From Clostridia bacterium (GTDB lineage: Bacteria > Bacillota > Clostridia > UMGS1883), in assembly GCA_017505525.1 (NCBI GenBank), contig JAFVPB010000002.1:13100-77099 (forward strand): 64,000 nucleotides of DNA. The letters run 5' to 3'. Under the pieces are notes generated by a model. It was not told the DNA's origin. It made no database searches and was given only the letters and a program-made list of their open reading frames with translations. Each line of letters opens with the position of its first letter. The first letter of the stretch is position 1. Made by a program: the position numbers and the translations under genes. This document shows positions 31,187-40,494 of the stretch, piece after piece.

Positions 31187-31954
31187 CTATTTATTCTGCC
31201 TGTAGTACTCGTAAATAATAACCGATGCCGCTATTGCCGCATTAAGACTTTCGGCATCTTCGTTCATTGGAATTTTAATAATGCTATCACACTTTTTAAG
31301 AGTTTCTTCCTTCACACCGTTTGCTTCATTTCCTATAATTATAAGCTGTTTTCCTGAAAGTGAAGCATCGAAAAGGTTCACACTTTTCTCACTTAATGCA
31401 CCTGCCGTGCATTTATATCCTTGTCCTTTAAAATAACGTATAGCCTCATCTGTTTCAACACCGCAAACAATGGGAAGCGAAAAAATGCCCGACATAGTGG
31501 CACGCACTACCTTGGGATTATATAAATCGCAGCATCCCTTTGTGAAAACTACACCATCAAGGAAGCCTGCGTGCGCCGTTCTTATTATTGTGCCGATATT
31601 TCCCGGGTCCTGCAGCGCTTCGCACAGTATAACGCAGCTTTTATCGTTACCTTTTATATTCTCAAGCTCTACATCAATACTCTTGCATACTGCCATAATT
31701 CCCTGAGGCGACTGAGTATCGGAAAGCTCGCAAAAAAGCTTAGGTGCAAAAGTATAGGTGGGAAAGTTAAGCTCCTCACTTATATTTACACCGTCTTTTA
31801 CGATTATATACTCAATGGGCGCATTTTTTTTTGCAGCATCCAAAACACTTCTTAATCCCTCTATCACGAATTTTTTATTTTCATCTCTTCCGCGCTTTGA
31901 GGAAAGTGCTTTAACAAGCTTAAATATTTTGTTTTCTCTGCTTGTTATCACCAT
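31187..31954 (-). CDS. TrmH/SpoU-family RNA 2'-O-methyltransferase
   Basis: 255 aa. SPOUT motifs GNEANGV and LNAAIAASVIIYE. Confidence 0.75.
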   Translation of the reverse strand: MVITSRENKIFKLVKALSSKRGRDENKKFVIEGLRSVLDAAKKNAPIEYIIVKDGVNISEELNFPTYTFAPKLFCELSDTQSPQGIMAVCKSIDVELENIKGNDKSCVILCEALQDPGNIGTIIRTAHAGFLDGVVFTKGCCDLYNPKVVRATMSGIFSLPIVCGVETDEAIRYFKGQGYKCTAGALSEKSVNLFDASLSGKQLIIIGNEANGVKEETLKKCDSIIKIPMNEDAESLNAAIAASVIIYEYYRQNK

Positions 31955-31974
31955 AATTTTTTCTCTCTTTTCTT

Positions 31975-32010
31975 CACAAAAACCGCCCCCGCACGAGGCG
32001 GAAACGGTTT
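31975..32010 (-). terminator. terminator downstream of rplT
   Basis: Minus strand CCGCCTCGTGCGGGGGCGG hairpin followed by TTTTTGTG. Confidence 0.55.
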
Positions 32011-32025
32011 TTGATAAATTACCTA

Positions 32026-32379
32026 TTACAGATTAGCCTTTGCTGTTTCAACAAGCTGGCTGAATGCCTTAGGATCGTTAATAGCGATTTCTGAAAGCAT
32101 CTTTCTGTTGATTTCAATGTTTGCTTTCTTAAGACCGTTCATGAAGCGTGAATAGTTGATATCATTCATCTTACATGCAGCGCTGATTCTTGTAATCCAG
32201 AGTGAACGGAAATCTCTCTTCTTAAGCTTTCTTCCAACGTAAGCGTATGAAAGAGACTTCATAACTGCCTGATTGGCAACTCTGTAGAGCTTAGACTTTC
32301 CTCCTCTGTAACCTTTTGCAAGCTTTAAAATCTTTTTATGTCTTTTTCTAGTGCTTAATGCACCCTTAACTCGAGCCAT
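32026..32379 (-). CDS. rplT: 50S ribosomal protein L20
   Basis: 117 aa. [26 protein letters not shown]. Confidence 0.97.
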   Translation of the reverse strand: MARVKGALSTRKRHKKILKLAKGYRGGKSKLYRVANQAVMKSLSYAYVGRKLKKRDFRSLWITRISAACKMNDINYSRFMNGLKKANIEINRKMLSEIAINDPKAFSQLVETAKANL

Positions 32380-32400
32380 TATTCTAGTCCTCCTATCATC

Positions 32401-32598
32401 TTATTTATAAGGTATAAGCTTCTTTATAACTTTTGCGTTTGTAACGTCTGCAAGACCGCCTTTTCTAAGTCTTCTCTTTCTCTTAGTGTCCTTCTTTGTG
32501 AGAATGTGGCTTCTGAAAGCCTTTGCTCTTTTAACCTTACCTGACTTTGTGAGACTGAAACGCTTTGCAGCGGCTCTGTGTGTCTTTATTTTAGGCAT
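32401..32598 (-). CDS. rpmI: 50S ribosomal protein L35
   Basis: 65 aa. [14 protein letters not shown]. Confidence 0.95.
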   Translation of the reverse strand: MPKIKTHRAAAKRFSLTKSGKVKRAKAFRSHILTKKDTKRKRRLRKGGLADVTNAKVIKKLIPYK

Positions 32599-32666
32599 AA
32601 TATCTCTCCTCTCAAAATGTGTGTTTGAATGTATTATATCTAAACTTTCCTATGGAAGTTTGATAA

Positions 32667-33176
32667 TCAGTTTTTAGGCGAAATCGTAAGCGCCATATTT
32701 TTGCCTTCAAGCTTAGCCTTTTTGTCTACTGTGCCAAATTCACTTACCCCTTCAACAAAGCGGTTAAGAATTTCTTCACCGATGCTTGTGTGGTGAATTT
32801 CACGGCCACGGAAACGAACGGAAACCTTTACTTTATCTCCGCTTTTTAAGAACTTGCAAGCATTTTTAAGCTTTGTTTCAAAATCGTGATTGTCAATAGA
32901 TGGTGAAAGACGCACCTCTTTAATATTAACAACCTTCTGATTTTTACGATTTTCCTTTTCTTTTTTAGCAAGCTCGAAACGATATTTACCGTAGTCCATT
33001 ATTTTACATACGGGGGGATTTGCCTGCGGAGAAATCTTTACCAAGTCAAGATTTCTTTTAATAGCGGCATCAAGAGCATCGCTTGACGACATAATTCCAA
33101 GCTGGCTGCCATCGTTATCGATTACTCTTACCTCACTATCCCTGATTTCTTCATTAATCATCAGTTCCTTGCTAAT
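32667..33176 (-). CDS. infC: translation initiation factor IF-3 (AUU start codon)
   Basis: The canonical IF-3 N-terminus ISKELMINEEIRDSEVRVIDNDG begins at the ATT at 33176. GGAGGTG lies 6 nt upstream. A non-AUG (AUU) start is the conserved autoregulatory feature of infC. The upstream part of the track ORF is leader. Confidence 0.85.
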   Translation of the reverse strand: MSKELMINEEIRDSEVRVIDNDGSQLGIMSSSDALDAAIKRNLDLVKISPQANPPVCKIMDYGKYRFELAKKEKENRKNQKVVNIKEVRLSPSIDNHDFETKLKNACKFLKSGDKVKVSVRFRGREIHHTSIGEEILNRFVEGVSEFGTVDKKAKLEGKNMALTISPKN

Positions 33177-33312
33177 AGAAAACACCTCCAAAAATTTTTC
33201 CGCAAAAAAAGCGGCAGAAAAATCCACCGCTACCCTAAACAAAAAAATTATTAACCCACAAAGCTCAATTGCCACGGGGTGAGAAGCGGCTACTTCTTCT
33301 TTATTACCTAGG
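33177..33312 (-). ncRNA. infC 5' leader with intrinsic attenuator (L20-leader-type ribosomal protein autoregulatory element)
   Basis: ~130-nt leader between the promoter and the infC RBS. Contains GCGGUGG-AUUUUUCU-GCCGC followed by U7 (plus 33204-33230) immediately before the RBS. Matches the B. subtilis infC-rpmI-rplT L20-dependent attenuation arrangement by position and architecture. Confidence 0.5.
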
Positions 33313-33313
33313 T

Positions 33314-33342
33314 AGTATACCACCCCTTGCCCCCGATGTCAA
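33314..33342 (-). promoter_or_regulatory. sigma-A-type promoter of infC-rpmI-rplT (TTGACA-17-TATACT)
   Basis: Minus strand TTGACA 33342-33337, 17-nt spacer, TATACT 33319-33314. Confidence 0.65.
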
Positions 33343-33349
33343 GCATTTT

Positions 33350-34120
33350 TTAAATATTTTTTCTCATCGAGCTTATGGCGCTCTTTTCAAGGCGTGAAAC
33401 CTGCGCCTGACTTATCCCAACCTCACTGGCCACCTCTGTTTGCGTTTTACCTTTAAAGAATCTTAAGGATATAATCATTTTTTCTCTGTCGCTCAGCTTC
33501 TTGATTGCTTCCCTCAGCGATATTTTTTCAATCCACGCCTCGTCTGTGTTCTTTTTATCTGAAAGCTGATCCATCACAAAAACGGCATCTGCGCCATCGT
33601 GATACACCGGTTCAAAAAGTGAAATCGGCTCTTGTATTGCATCGAGCGCCATAACAACATCTTCCTTTGGTATATCAATAAGTTTTGCAAGCTCCTCGCA
33701 GCTCGGTTCCACATTTTTCTCGGCAATAAGCTTTTCCCTTACGCAAAGCGCCTTATATGCAATATCACGAAGCGACCTCGATACTCTCACACTGTTGTTA
33801 TCGCGAAGATATCTTCTTATCTCGCCTATAATCATCGGTACGGCATATGTTGAAAACTGAACGTCGAGCTCTGTGTTGAAATTATCTATTGCCTTTATAA
33901 GTCCAATGCACCCCACCTGAAACAGATCATCCACATTTTCTCCTCGGTTGTTGAATTTTCCTATTACGCTTAAAACAAGCCTTAAATTTCCTTTTATAAA
34001 TGTTTCGCGAGCTACGTTGTCGCCTTTTTTTATCTTTTCAAAAAGTTCTGCTTTTTCTTTGGCTGAAAGAGTTGGAAGTTTAGATGTGTTTACTCCGCAT
34101 ATTTCTACCTTATTAATCAT
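33350..34120 (-). CDS. sigG: sporulation sigma factor SigG (forespore late)
   Basis: 256 aa. About 70% identical by eye to B. subtilis SigG (VEICGVNTSKLP..., FQVGCIGLIKAIDNF, STYAVPMIIGEIRRYLRDNN, ISQAQVSRLEK). It is not preceded by spoIIAB, so SigG rather than SigF. Confidence 0.85.
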   Translation of the reverse strand: MINKVEICGVNTSKLPTLSAKEKAELFEKIKKGDNVARETFIKGNLRLVLSVIGKFNNRGENVDDLFQVGCIGLIKAIDNFNTELDVQFSTYAVPMIIGEIRRYLRDNNSVRVSRSLRDIAYKALCVREKLIAEKNVEPSCEELAKLIDIPKEDVVMALDAIQEPISLFEPVYHDGADAVFVMDQLSDKKNTDEAWIEKISLREAIKKLSDREKMIISLRFFKGKTQTEVASEVGISQAQVSRLEKSAISSMRKNI

Positions 34121-34124
34121 AAAA

Positions 34125-34172
34125 AGCCTCCCGGAGAAAGTTTCTGTTTAAATCTTTCCCCGAAAGGCTTTT
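34125..34172 (-). promoter_or_regulatory. hairpin between pgi and sigG whose 3' arm contains the sigG RBS (terminator / translational occlusion element)
   Basis: Minus strand AAAGCCUUUCGGGGAAAG-(loop)-CUUUCUCCGGGAGGCUUUUU AUG. The GGGAGG SD of sigG lies inside the stem. Confidence 0.5.
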
Positions 34173-34186
34173 ATTATGCACTTATA

Positions 34187-35527
34187 TTAAAGTCTTTTAA
34201 GAAGTTCTTCTCTTTCTTTTTCATAACCAGGCTTACCCAAAAGTGCAAACATATTCTTTTTATACGCTTCAACACCTGGCTGGTCAAACGGATTAACACC
34301 TAAAATATATCCGCTTACACCGCAAGCCTTTTCAAAGAAATATATAAGATTTCCAAGGCAGTATTCGTCCATCTTTTCAATGGAAAGAACAAGGTTTGGC
34401 ACACTACCGTCAGTATGCGCGAGAAGTGTTCCGTTAAATGCCTGTTCATTTACGTAACTTATGCTTTTTCCTGAAAGGAAGTTGAGTCCGTCGATATTAT
34501 CCTTATCTTCTTCTATTATAATATCCTTGCGGGCATTCTTAAAGAAAAGCACAGTTTCGAACATTGTTCTGAGGCCTTCCTGAATATACTGTCCCATAGA
34601 ATGAAGGTCGCTTGAAAAATCAACTGATGCAGGGAATATACCTTTGTTTTCTTTTCCCTCGCTCTCGCCGAAAAGCTGCTTCCACCATTCTGCAAAATAA
34701 TGCACCTGTGGTTCATAATTTACCATCATTTCAATTGTCTTGCCTTTTCTGTAGAGAAGATTACGTGCGGCAACATATTTATAACAATCGTTTTCGCTAA
34801 GCTCGGGATTGTTGTATTCTTTCATCGCATCGAATGCACCTTCCATAAGCTTATCTATATCAGCGCCGCTTGCAGCTATCGGAAGAAGACCAACTGCCGT
34901 CAGTACACTGTATCTTCCGCCAACATCATCGGGCACAACGAATGTTTCGTAGCCTTCTTCATCAGAAAGCTTTTTAAGAGCGCCTCTCTCCTTATCAGTT
35001 GTGGCGTATATTCTTTCTCTTGCGCCCTCTTTGCCGTATTTATCTATAAGAAGCTTTCTGAAAATTCTGAAAGCTATTGCAGGCTCTGTTGTAGTACCGC
35101 TTTTAGATATGATATTAATTGAAAAATCCATATCCTTCACTGTTTCAACCAAATCAGCAAGATAGGTAGAGCTTATGTTGTTTCCTGCAAAGAAAATATC
35201 AACACCGTCTTTTTCCTTATTCAGGTTAAAGAAATTGTGGTGAAGCATTTCAACAGCCATTCTTGCACCTAAATACGAACCTCCGATACCTATAACTATA
35301 AGAGCCTTTGAATTACTCTTTATTTTTTCTGCTGCTTTTTTGATTCGACTGAATTCTTCACGGTCGTAATTTTCGGGAAGATTAACCCAGCCTGTGAAAT
35401 CGCTTCCTCTGCCTGTTTTGTTGTGAAGAGTGTTATGTGCTTCCTTAATATAAGGACGAAGCGCATTTATTTCGTCTTCTGAAATAAACTGTGCTGCTTT
35501 TGTGTAGTCAAATGAAATCTTAGTCAT
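34187..35527 (-). CDS. pgi: glucose-6-phosphate isomerase
   Basis: 446 aa, Firmicutes-type PGI. SIS motifs ([12 protein letters not shown]) and the catalytic region. Confidence 0.95.
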   Translation of the reverse strand: MTKISFDYTKAAQFISEDEINALRPYIKEAHNTLHNKTGRGSDFTGWVNLPENYDREEFSRIKKAAEKIKSNSKALIVIGIGGSYLGARMAVEMLHHNFFNLNKEKDGVDIFFAGNNISSTYLADLVETVKDMDFSINIISKSGTTTEPAIAFRIFRKLLIDKYGKEGARERIYATTDKERGALKKLSDEEGYETFVVPDDVGGRYSVLTAVGLLPIAASGADIDKLMEGAFDAMKEYNNPELSENDCYKYVAARNLLYRKGKTIEMMVNYEPQVHYFAEWWKQLFGESEGKENKGIFPASVDFSSDLHSMGQYIQEGLRTMFETVLFFKNARKDIIIEEDKDNIDGLNFLSGKSISYVNEQAFNGTLLAHTDGSVPNLVLSIEKMDEYCLGNLIYFFEKACGVSGYILGVNPFDQPGVEAYKKNMFALLGKPGYEKEREELLKRL

Positions 35528-35532
35528 ATCTT

Positions 35533-36549
35533 TTACTCCTTATTAAATCCGTTAGGGTTTTTACTTTGCCAGTTCCATGCGTCGATGCACATTTTTTCTA
35601 TGCCGCGGCTTGCTTCCCAGCCAAGCTCTTCTTTTGCTTTAGTTGCATCGGCATAGCAGATAGCAACATCACCCGCACGCGGAGGAACAATTTCATATGG
35701 CAACTCTTTTCCGCATGCTACGGAAAACGCCTTAATTATTTCAAGCACGCTGTAGCCGTTTCCCGTTCCAAGGTTATATATATGAACGCCCGGAACGTTG
35801 CTTCTTTTTTCCACTGCCTTTAAGTGCCCCAAAGAAAGGTCGACAACGTGGATATAGTCGCGCACACCTGTGCCGTCTTTTGTGGGGTAACAATCACCAA
35901 AAACATTTATTTTCTTAAGCTTACCCACTGCAACCTGTGCCACATAAGGCAAAAGGTTATTCGGAATACCCTTGGGGTCTTCCCCTATCTTTCCGCTTTC
36001 GTGTGCACCGATTGGGTTAAAGTATCTTAAAAGAACAACGCTGAATCGATTATCCGAAACATAAACATCGCTTAAAACTCTTTCAAGCATAAGCTTTGTA
36101 GAGCCATAAGGATTAGTTGTGGAAAGAGGAAAATCCTCTTTAATGGGAACAGTTTTCGGGCTTCCGTAAACTGTAGCCGAAGAAGAAAATACAATATTAA
36201 ACACATTGTGCTCTTTCATAACCTCAAGTAAGATAAATGTGCCTGTCATATTATTATGGTAGTATTCCAAAGGCTTTTCCACAGATTCTCCAACTGCCTT
36301 AAGCCCTGCAAAATGAATTACGGAATCTATTTTGTGGTTATCAAAAACCTTTGAAAGATTTTCTTTATCAAGAATATCGCACACATAGAAAGGGAAATCC
36401 TTTCCCGTGATTTCTTTCACTGCATCAATTGATTTTTCACAAGAATTAGAAAGATTGTCCACCACAACGATTTCGTGGCCTGCATTTAAAAGCTCTACAC
36501 AGGTGTGGCTTCCTATATATCCTGCTCCGCCTGTTACAAGTATTCTCAT
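35533..36549 (-). CDS. galE: UDP-glucose 4-epimerase
   Basis: 338 aa. [15 protein letters not shown]. Catalytic YxxxK (YGSTK). Confidence 0.93.
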   Translation of the reverse strand: MRILVTGGAGYIGSHTCVELLNAGHEIVVVDNLSNSCEKSIDAVKEITGKDFPFYVCDILDKENLSKVFDNHKIDSVIHFAGLKAVGESVEKPLEYYHNNMTGTFILLEVMKEHNVFNIVFSSSATVYGSPKTVPIKEDFPLSTTNPYGSTKLMLERVLSDVYVSDNRFSVVLLRYFNPIGAHESGKIGEDPKGIPNNLLPYVAQVAVGKLKKINVFGDCYPTKDGTGVRDYIHVVDLSLGHLKAVEKRSNVPGVHIYNLGTGNGYSVLEIIKAFSVACGKELPYEIVPPRAGDVAICYADATKAKEELGWEASRGIEKMCIDAWNWQSKNPNGFNKE

Positions 36550-36637
36550 ACGTACACCTCCAATTTAATAACTACGTTCTAAGAGTTTATTTTATACCAT
36601 AATTATATATAAAGTCAAGCTTTAAGGAGGCAATAAA

Positions 36638-37339
36638 TTGAATTCTCCCACTCTTTTAAAATTTATCTCTACCGCCCTTGTCCCAGTGGGGCACACAATG
36701 TATGTTTACGGCGGAGGCTGGGATGAAAGTGATACGCAAGGCGGCATTAATTCCGTAACCATTGGAGAAGCAGAGATATGGAAAACCTTTTTCTCTCTTC
36801 AGACAAGTGCATACGATTATAAAAAATATTTTCACTGCATCACGCTCGGGCTTGATTGCACAGGATATATCGGCTGGTGCATTTATAATCTTTTAAACAA
36901 CGAATCAGGCGGAAAGCCTTTTGTTTATCCATCGGCGGTTTTAGGTTACCGACTTATGGAAGAAGGTCTGGGCTCGGTTTTAAAGGAGAACGATTGCCAC
37001 CGCGCGGGAGATATATTCTTTTCCCCAAAGCACCACCACGCCTACATAAGCCTTGGAAAGTGCTCTGACGGAAGCGTAGTTCTTCTTCATTCAAGTCCTC
37101 CGGGAGTGATGCTGAGCGGCACTTCTATAAACAGCAGATGCGAGAGTGAGGCGCAAAGAATAGCCACTTGTTTTATGCACAAAAATTTTCCGCATTGGAG
37201 CATAAAATTCCCTCACTCCAACAGACCTGAAAATTATCTTACCGATTACCTGTGCTTTCGCTTTTACAATAATATTGTGTGCGATCCTGATAATATCTCC
37301 TGTCTTACCCCTTTGGAAATACTTCAATTTTTGAAATAA
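36638..37339 (+). CDS. hypothetical protein, NlpC/P60 (C40 peptidase)-like Cys-His-His arrangement, no signal peptide
   Basis: 233 aa. DCTGYIGW (nucleophile Cys), GDIFF, HHHAYISLG, in the order typical of NlpC/P60. The 3' end overlaps the ptsI 3' end convergently by 35 nt. Confidence 0.4.
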   Translation: MNSPTLLKFISTALVPVGHTMYVYGGGWDESDTQGGINSVTIGEAEIWKTFFSLQTSAYDYKKYFHCITLGLDCTGYIGWCIYNLLNNESGGKPFVYPSAVLGYRLMEEGLGSVLKENDCHRAGDIFFSPKHHHAYISLGKCSDGSVVLLHSSPPGVMLSGTSINSRCESEAQRIATCFMHKNFPHWSIKFPHSNRPENYLTDYLCFRFYNNIVCDPDNISCLTPLEILQFLK

Positions 37340-38939
37340 TTTCACGAAGCGGAAGAATTTTTGTGGGCGAAACGCTTAGTTCATCAATTCCAAGGCTCAA
37401 AAGCGTTTTGCAGGCATCGATATCTCCGCCCATCTCGCCACACACTCCAACCCAAATACTGTTTTTATGAGCATTTTCACACGTCATTTTTATAAGATTG
37501 AGTACACTTAGGTGCATTACGTCATACAGATTTCCAATCCTTGAATTCTGCCTGTCGACGGCTAAGGTGTATTGCGTTAAATCGTTTGTTCCTATGCTGA
37601 AAAAGTCTACCATACGCGCAAGCTTATCACTGATAAGTGCCGCGGCGGGCGTTTCAATCATTACTCCCTCTTCCACATTTCCAAAAAGAATATTTTTTTC
37701 TTTCAGTTCGTTTCGCACCTGTTCTGAAATAAGCTTTGCTCTTTTAACCTCTTCCTCTGAAATTATCATCGGATACATTATCGAAATATTTCCATAAACA
37801 GACGCGCGGTAAATTGCCCTCAGCTGGGTTTTGAATATTTCCTCGTTTTCAAGACTGAGCCTTATTCCCCTTACTCCGAGTGCGGGATTTTCCTCATCCT
37901 CAAAAGTTAAATAATCGGCACGCTTATCTGCCCCCAGGTCGAAAGTTCTTATAATTACTGTTTTGCTTTGCATTTTTTGTGCAACCTCTTTATACGCTTC
38001 AAACTGTTCTTCTTCGCTTGGCGGCTTCGTTCTTCCCACATATAAAAATTCGCTTCTGAAAAGGCCGATTCCCTCGGCATCGTTTTCAAGTGCATAGCTA
38101 ACATCCTTACTGCTCGATATGTTTGCAAGTAAGGATATTTTTTTGCCGTCTTTCGTTTTGGTTTCCATTCCGCGAAGTTTTGAAAGCTCAAGATAGCGTT
38201 TCTTATCCTCGTCGAGCCTTTTTCTCAAAGGCGTTAAAAGAGCATTATCGGGATTAATATATATTTTTCCGCTGTAGGCATCAACTGCCGCAATACTTCC
38301 GTCAAGCGAATTATCCACAGGAATATTCGATGCCACTATGGCAGGAATATTCATTATTCCCGCAAGAATTGCGGTGTGAGAAAGTGTGGACCCACCCGCC
38401 GTTACAAAAGCAAGAATGTTTTTGCGGTCAAGGCTTATTGTTTCGCTTGGCGTAAGGTCTTCGGCAACAATAATAACCTTTTCGCAAAGCTTTTGCCCAT
38501 CAGGAATTTTTCCCTTGAGGTTAGATATAACCCTTTGCGAAATATCGGTAACATCGGCACTTCTTTCGCGCATATATTCGCTGTCCATTTTTAAAAATCT
38601 TTCACTGAATTCCTGTCCCGTTTTACTTACGGCATACTCTGCCATAATTTTTTCTTCATCTATTATCTTTTCCACGTTTTCTATATAATCGGTATCTTCA
38701 AGCATCATTTTATGAATTTCAAAAATTTCAGCACTCTCTTTCCCCACCGTTTCAACCGCAGTGGAATAAAGTTCTGTAAGCTGCTCCTTTGATTTTAAAA
38801 GTGCTTTTTTAAACCTCTCTTTTTCATAAGCCGTATTTGCCACGCTTACAGGAACAATCACTTCTTCCTTAGCACCGATTACTGCAATTTTCCCTATAGC
38901 AATTCCGCCATACACGCTTTTGCCATTGTAAATTTCCAT
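37305..38939 (-). CDS. ptsI: phosphoenolpyruvate-protein phosphotransferase (PTS enzyme I)
   Basis: 544 aa. N-terminal HPr-binding domain, phospho-His region, and PEP-utilising TIM barrel (GGRTSHAAI-like AGGSTLSHTAILAG). Confidence 0.93.
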   Translation of the reverse strand: MEIYNGKSVYGGIAIGKIAVIGAKEEVIVPVSVANTAYEKERFKKALLKSKEQLTELYSTAVETVGKESAEIFEIHKMMLEDTDYIENVEKIIDEEKIMAEYAVSKTGQEFSERFLKMDSEYMRERSADVTDISQRVISNLKGKIPDGQKLCEKVIIVAEDLTPSETISLDRKNILAFVTAGGSTLSHTAILAGIMNIPAIVASNIPVDNSLDGSIAAVDAYSGKIYINPDNALLTPLRKRLDEDKKRYLELSKLRGMETKTKDGKKISLLANISSSKDVSYALENDAEGIGLFRSEFLYVGRTKPPSEEEQFEAYKEVAQKMQSKTVIIRTFDLGADKRADYLTFEDEENPALGVRGIRLSLENEEIFKTQLRAIYRASVYGNISIMYPMIISEEEVKRAKLISEQVRNELKEKNILFGNVEEGVMIETPAAALISDKLARMVDFFSIGTNDLTQYTLAVDRQNSRIGNLYDVMHLSVLNLIKMTCENAHKNSIWVGVCGEMGGDIDACKTLLSLGIDELSVSPTKILPLREIISKIEVFPKG

Positions 38940-38956
38940 AAAGGCAAGCCTCCAAT

Positions 38957-39214
38957 TTATAAATTATTGCAAAAAAATTCATAAAGCACCTTTTCGGCTT
39001 GTGCTTCATCGCTTCCCTCAATTAAAACTGAAAGCTTATCTCCGCATTTAACATTCATCGACATTACCGCAAATATTTTTTTTGCATCTGCCTTTTTTTC
39101 GCCCGACTCAAGCACTATATCGGAATTAAATTTAGATGCCTCTTTAACAAGCATTCCCGCAGGTCTTGCGTGAATTCCGTTTTCATCCTTAATTGTATAT
39201 TCAAAGTTTTTCAT
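38957..39214 (-). CDS. ptsH: phosphocarrier protein HPr
   Basis: 85 aa. GIHARPAG (His15) and the Ser46 region KIFAVMSM. Confidence 0.95.
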   Translation of the reverse strand: MKNFEYTIKDENGIHARPAGMLVKEASKFNSDIVLESGEKKADAKKIFAVMSMNVKCGDKLSVLIEGSDEAQAEKVLYEFFCNNL

Positions 39215-39389
39215 AATTTTTCTCCTTTATTTTTATGTATTTATTATTGCATTATTTTCAATAATTAATTATTTTTTATTAATATATTACAAATAGTTTT
39301 TTATGGAAAAAATATTGTAATAACTATTAAATTCCTTTTATTGGCAAATATTTTTGTCAACCTCTTTTTTCCCATAAAATTGGGGTTTT

Positions 39390-39495
39390 AGTTTTCAACA
39401 GGTTTTATTAAAAAAATAGTTAAAAACTGTTAAAACTGTTGAAAACTCCTGTTAATAACATAAAATATAGGGTTTGACCTGTTGAAAACTGATTT
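39390..39495. promoter_or_regulatory. cluster of three CTGTTGAAAACT motifs (one inverted) upstream of ptsH
   Basis: AGTTTTCAACAG at 39397-39408. CTGTTGAAAACT at 39448-39459 and 39480-39491. Plus a half site, CTGTTAAAACT. Candidate operator sites, regulator unknown. Confidence 0.4.
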
Positions 39496-39599
39496 TTGTT
39501 AATTTTTTGCTTGATTTTTTATGTTTACTTGGGTTTACATAAAAACTAAATATTTTATTAATTATTGAAACTAAATTATTACAAACAAAAAAACAAAAA

Positions 39600-39635
39600 A
39601 GGAACCCTTAAAATATGGATTCCTTTTTTGGGGAA
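39600..39635. terminator. hairpin AAGGAACCC-loop-GGATTCCTT with T-runs on both strands
   Basis: Direct reading. Lies downstream of the DUF559 ORF. Confidence 0.45.
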
Positions 39636-39675
39636 GTGTCACTTTCTTAAGGGCTCCCTTGTGTAAAGGGAGCTG

Positions 39676-40044
39676 TCAGCATAGCTGACTGAGGGATTGT
39701 TTTACTACATTATCAATGTGCATACAAACTCCCTCAAAATTTCTTAAAACATCAAGATTAGATATTCTAATAACCTTTATCCCGTATTGAGCTAAATATT
39801 CAGTTCGCCTTTCATCATTTATAAGACCTGCATTTTTATAATGCTGTGAACCATCAAGTTCAACAACAAGATTTGCTCTTGCACAATAAAAATCTACTAT
39901 ATATTTCCCTAATACTTTTTGTCTTGTAAACTTTATAGGATAGTTTTTTAAGAAATCATACCATAAACGGCGCTCCTCTTTTGTCATATTCTTTCTAAGT
40001 TCCTTTGCAAATGGAACTATGCTCTTATTATATTTCCTATCCAT
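39676..40044 (-). CDS. DUF559 domain protein (Vsr/MutH-like endonuclease fold)
   Basis: 123 aa from the ATG at 40044 (RBS GGAGGGG 6 nt upstream). AKELRKNMTKEERRLWYDFL...KFTRQKVLGKYIVDFYCARANLVVELDGSQH...IKVIRISN matches the DUF559/PF04480 consensus. The track ORF is N-extended through a GC-rich palindrome. Confidence 0.8.
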   Translation of the reverse strand: MDRKYNKSIVPFAKELRKNMTKEERRLWYDFLKNYPIKFTRQKVLGKYIVDFYCARANLVVELDGSQHYKNAGLINDERRTEYLAQYGIKVIRISNLDVLRNFEGVCMHIDNVVKQSLSQLC

Positions 40045-40132
40045 TTTCAACCCCTCCGAGTTTGCTTCGCAAACCCACCTCCCCTTACACAGGGGAGGCT
40101 CATATAGCACTAACAAATGTGCGTCATCGTAT

Positions 40133-40420
40133 TCACTCGAAAAAAACATATTGAAAAGCAAGTATAATTATTATCACTCCCATTAAAGTCATAACAATTG
40201 TATTAAATTCTTCGCCGTACTTTCCCTCTCTCAAACCAGATCTGATCCCCCAAAATTTCCATTTAAGAAGTCCTGACCCAAGACAAATGATACCAAACAA
40301 AACCAATATGATGAATCTTACAATTTCATCATATTTTCCAAAGTCTATTTCCGCGCCAAAAAGCCCAGCTGCTATTATAAAAACAAATAGAACAAATCCT
40401 ATTTTTTCGAATTTTTTCAT
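40133..40420 (-). CDS. hypothetical small membrane protein (3 TM)
   Basis: 95 aa, strongly hydrophobic. No known motif. Confidence 0.45.
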   Translation of the reverse strand: MKKFEKIGFVLFVFIIAAGLFGAEIDFGKYDEIVRFIILVLFGIICLGSGLLKWKFWGIRSGLREGKYGEEFNTIVMTLMGVIIIILAFQYVFFE

Positions 40421-40494
40421 TTTTCATCACTCTCATTTTTTGCGAAATATAGAATAGAAGACAGAGATACTACGATACACTGTCTTCATCTATT

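Noticed and set aside
40045-40161. N-terminal 39 codons of the DUF559 track ORF (MLFNMFFSSEYDDAHLLVLYEPPLCKGRWVCEANSEGLK)
   Set aside because: Produced by reading through the CCTCCCC…GGGGAGG palindrome. A proper GGAGGGG-ATG start at 40044 gives a canonical-length DUF559 protein.
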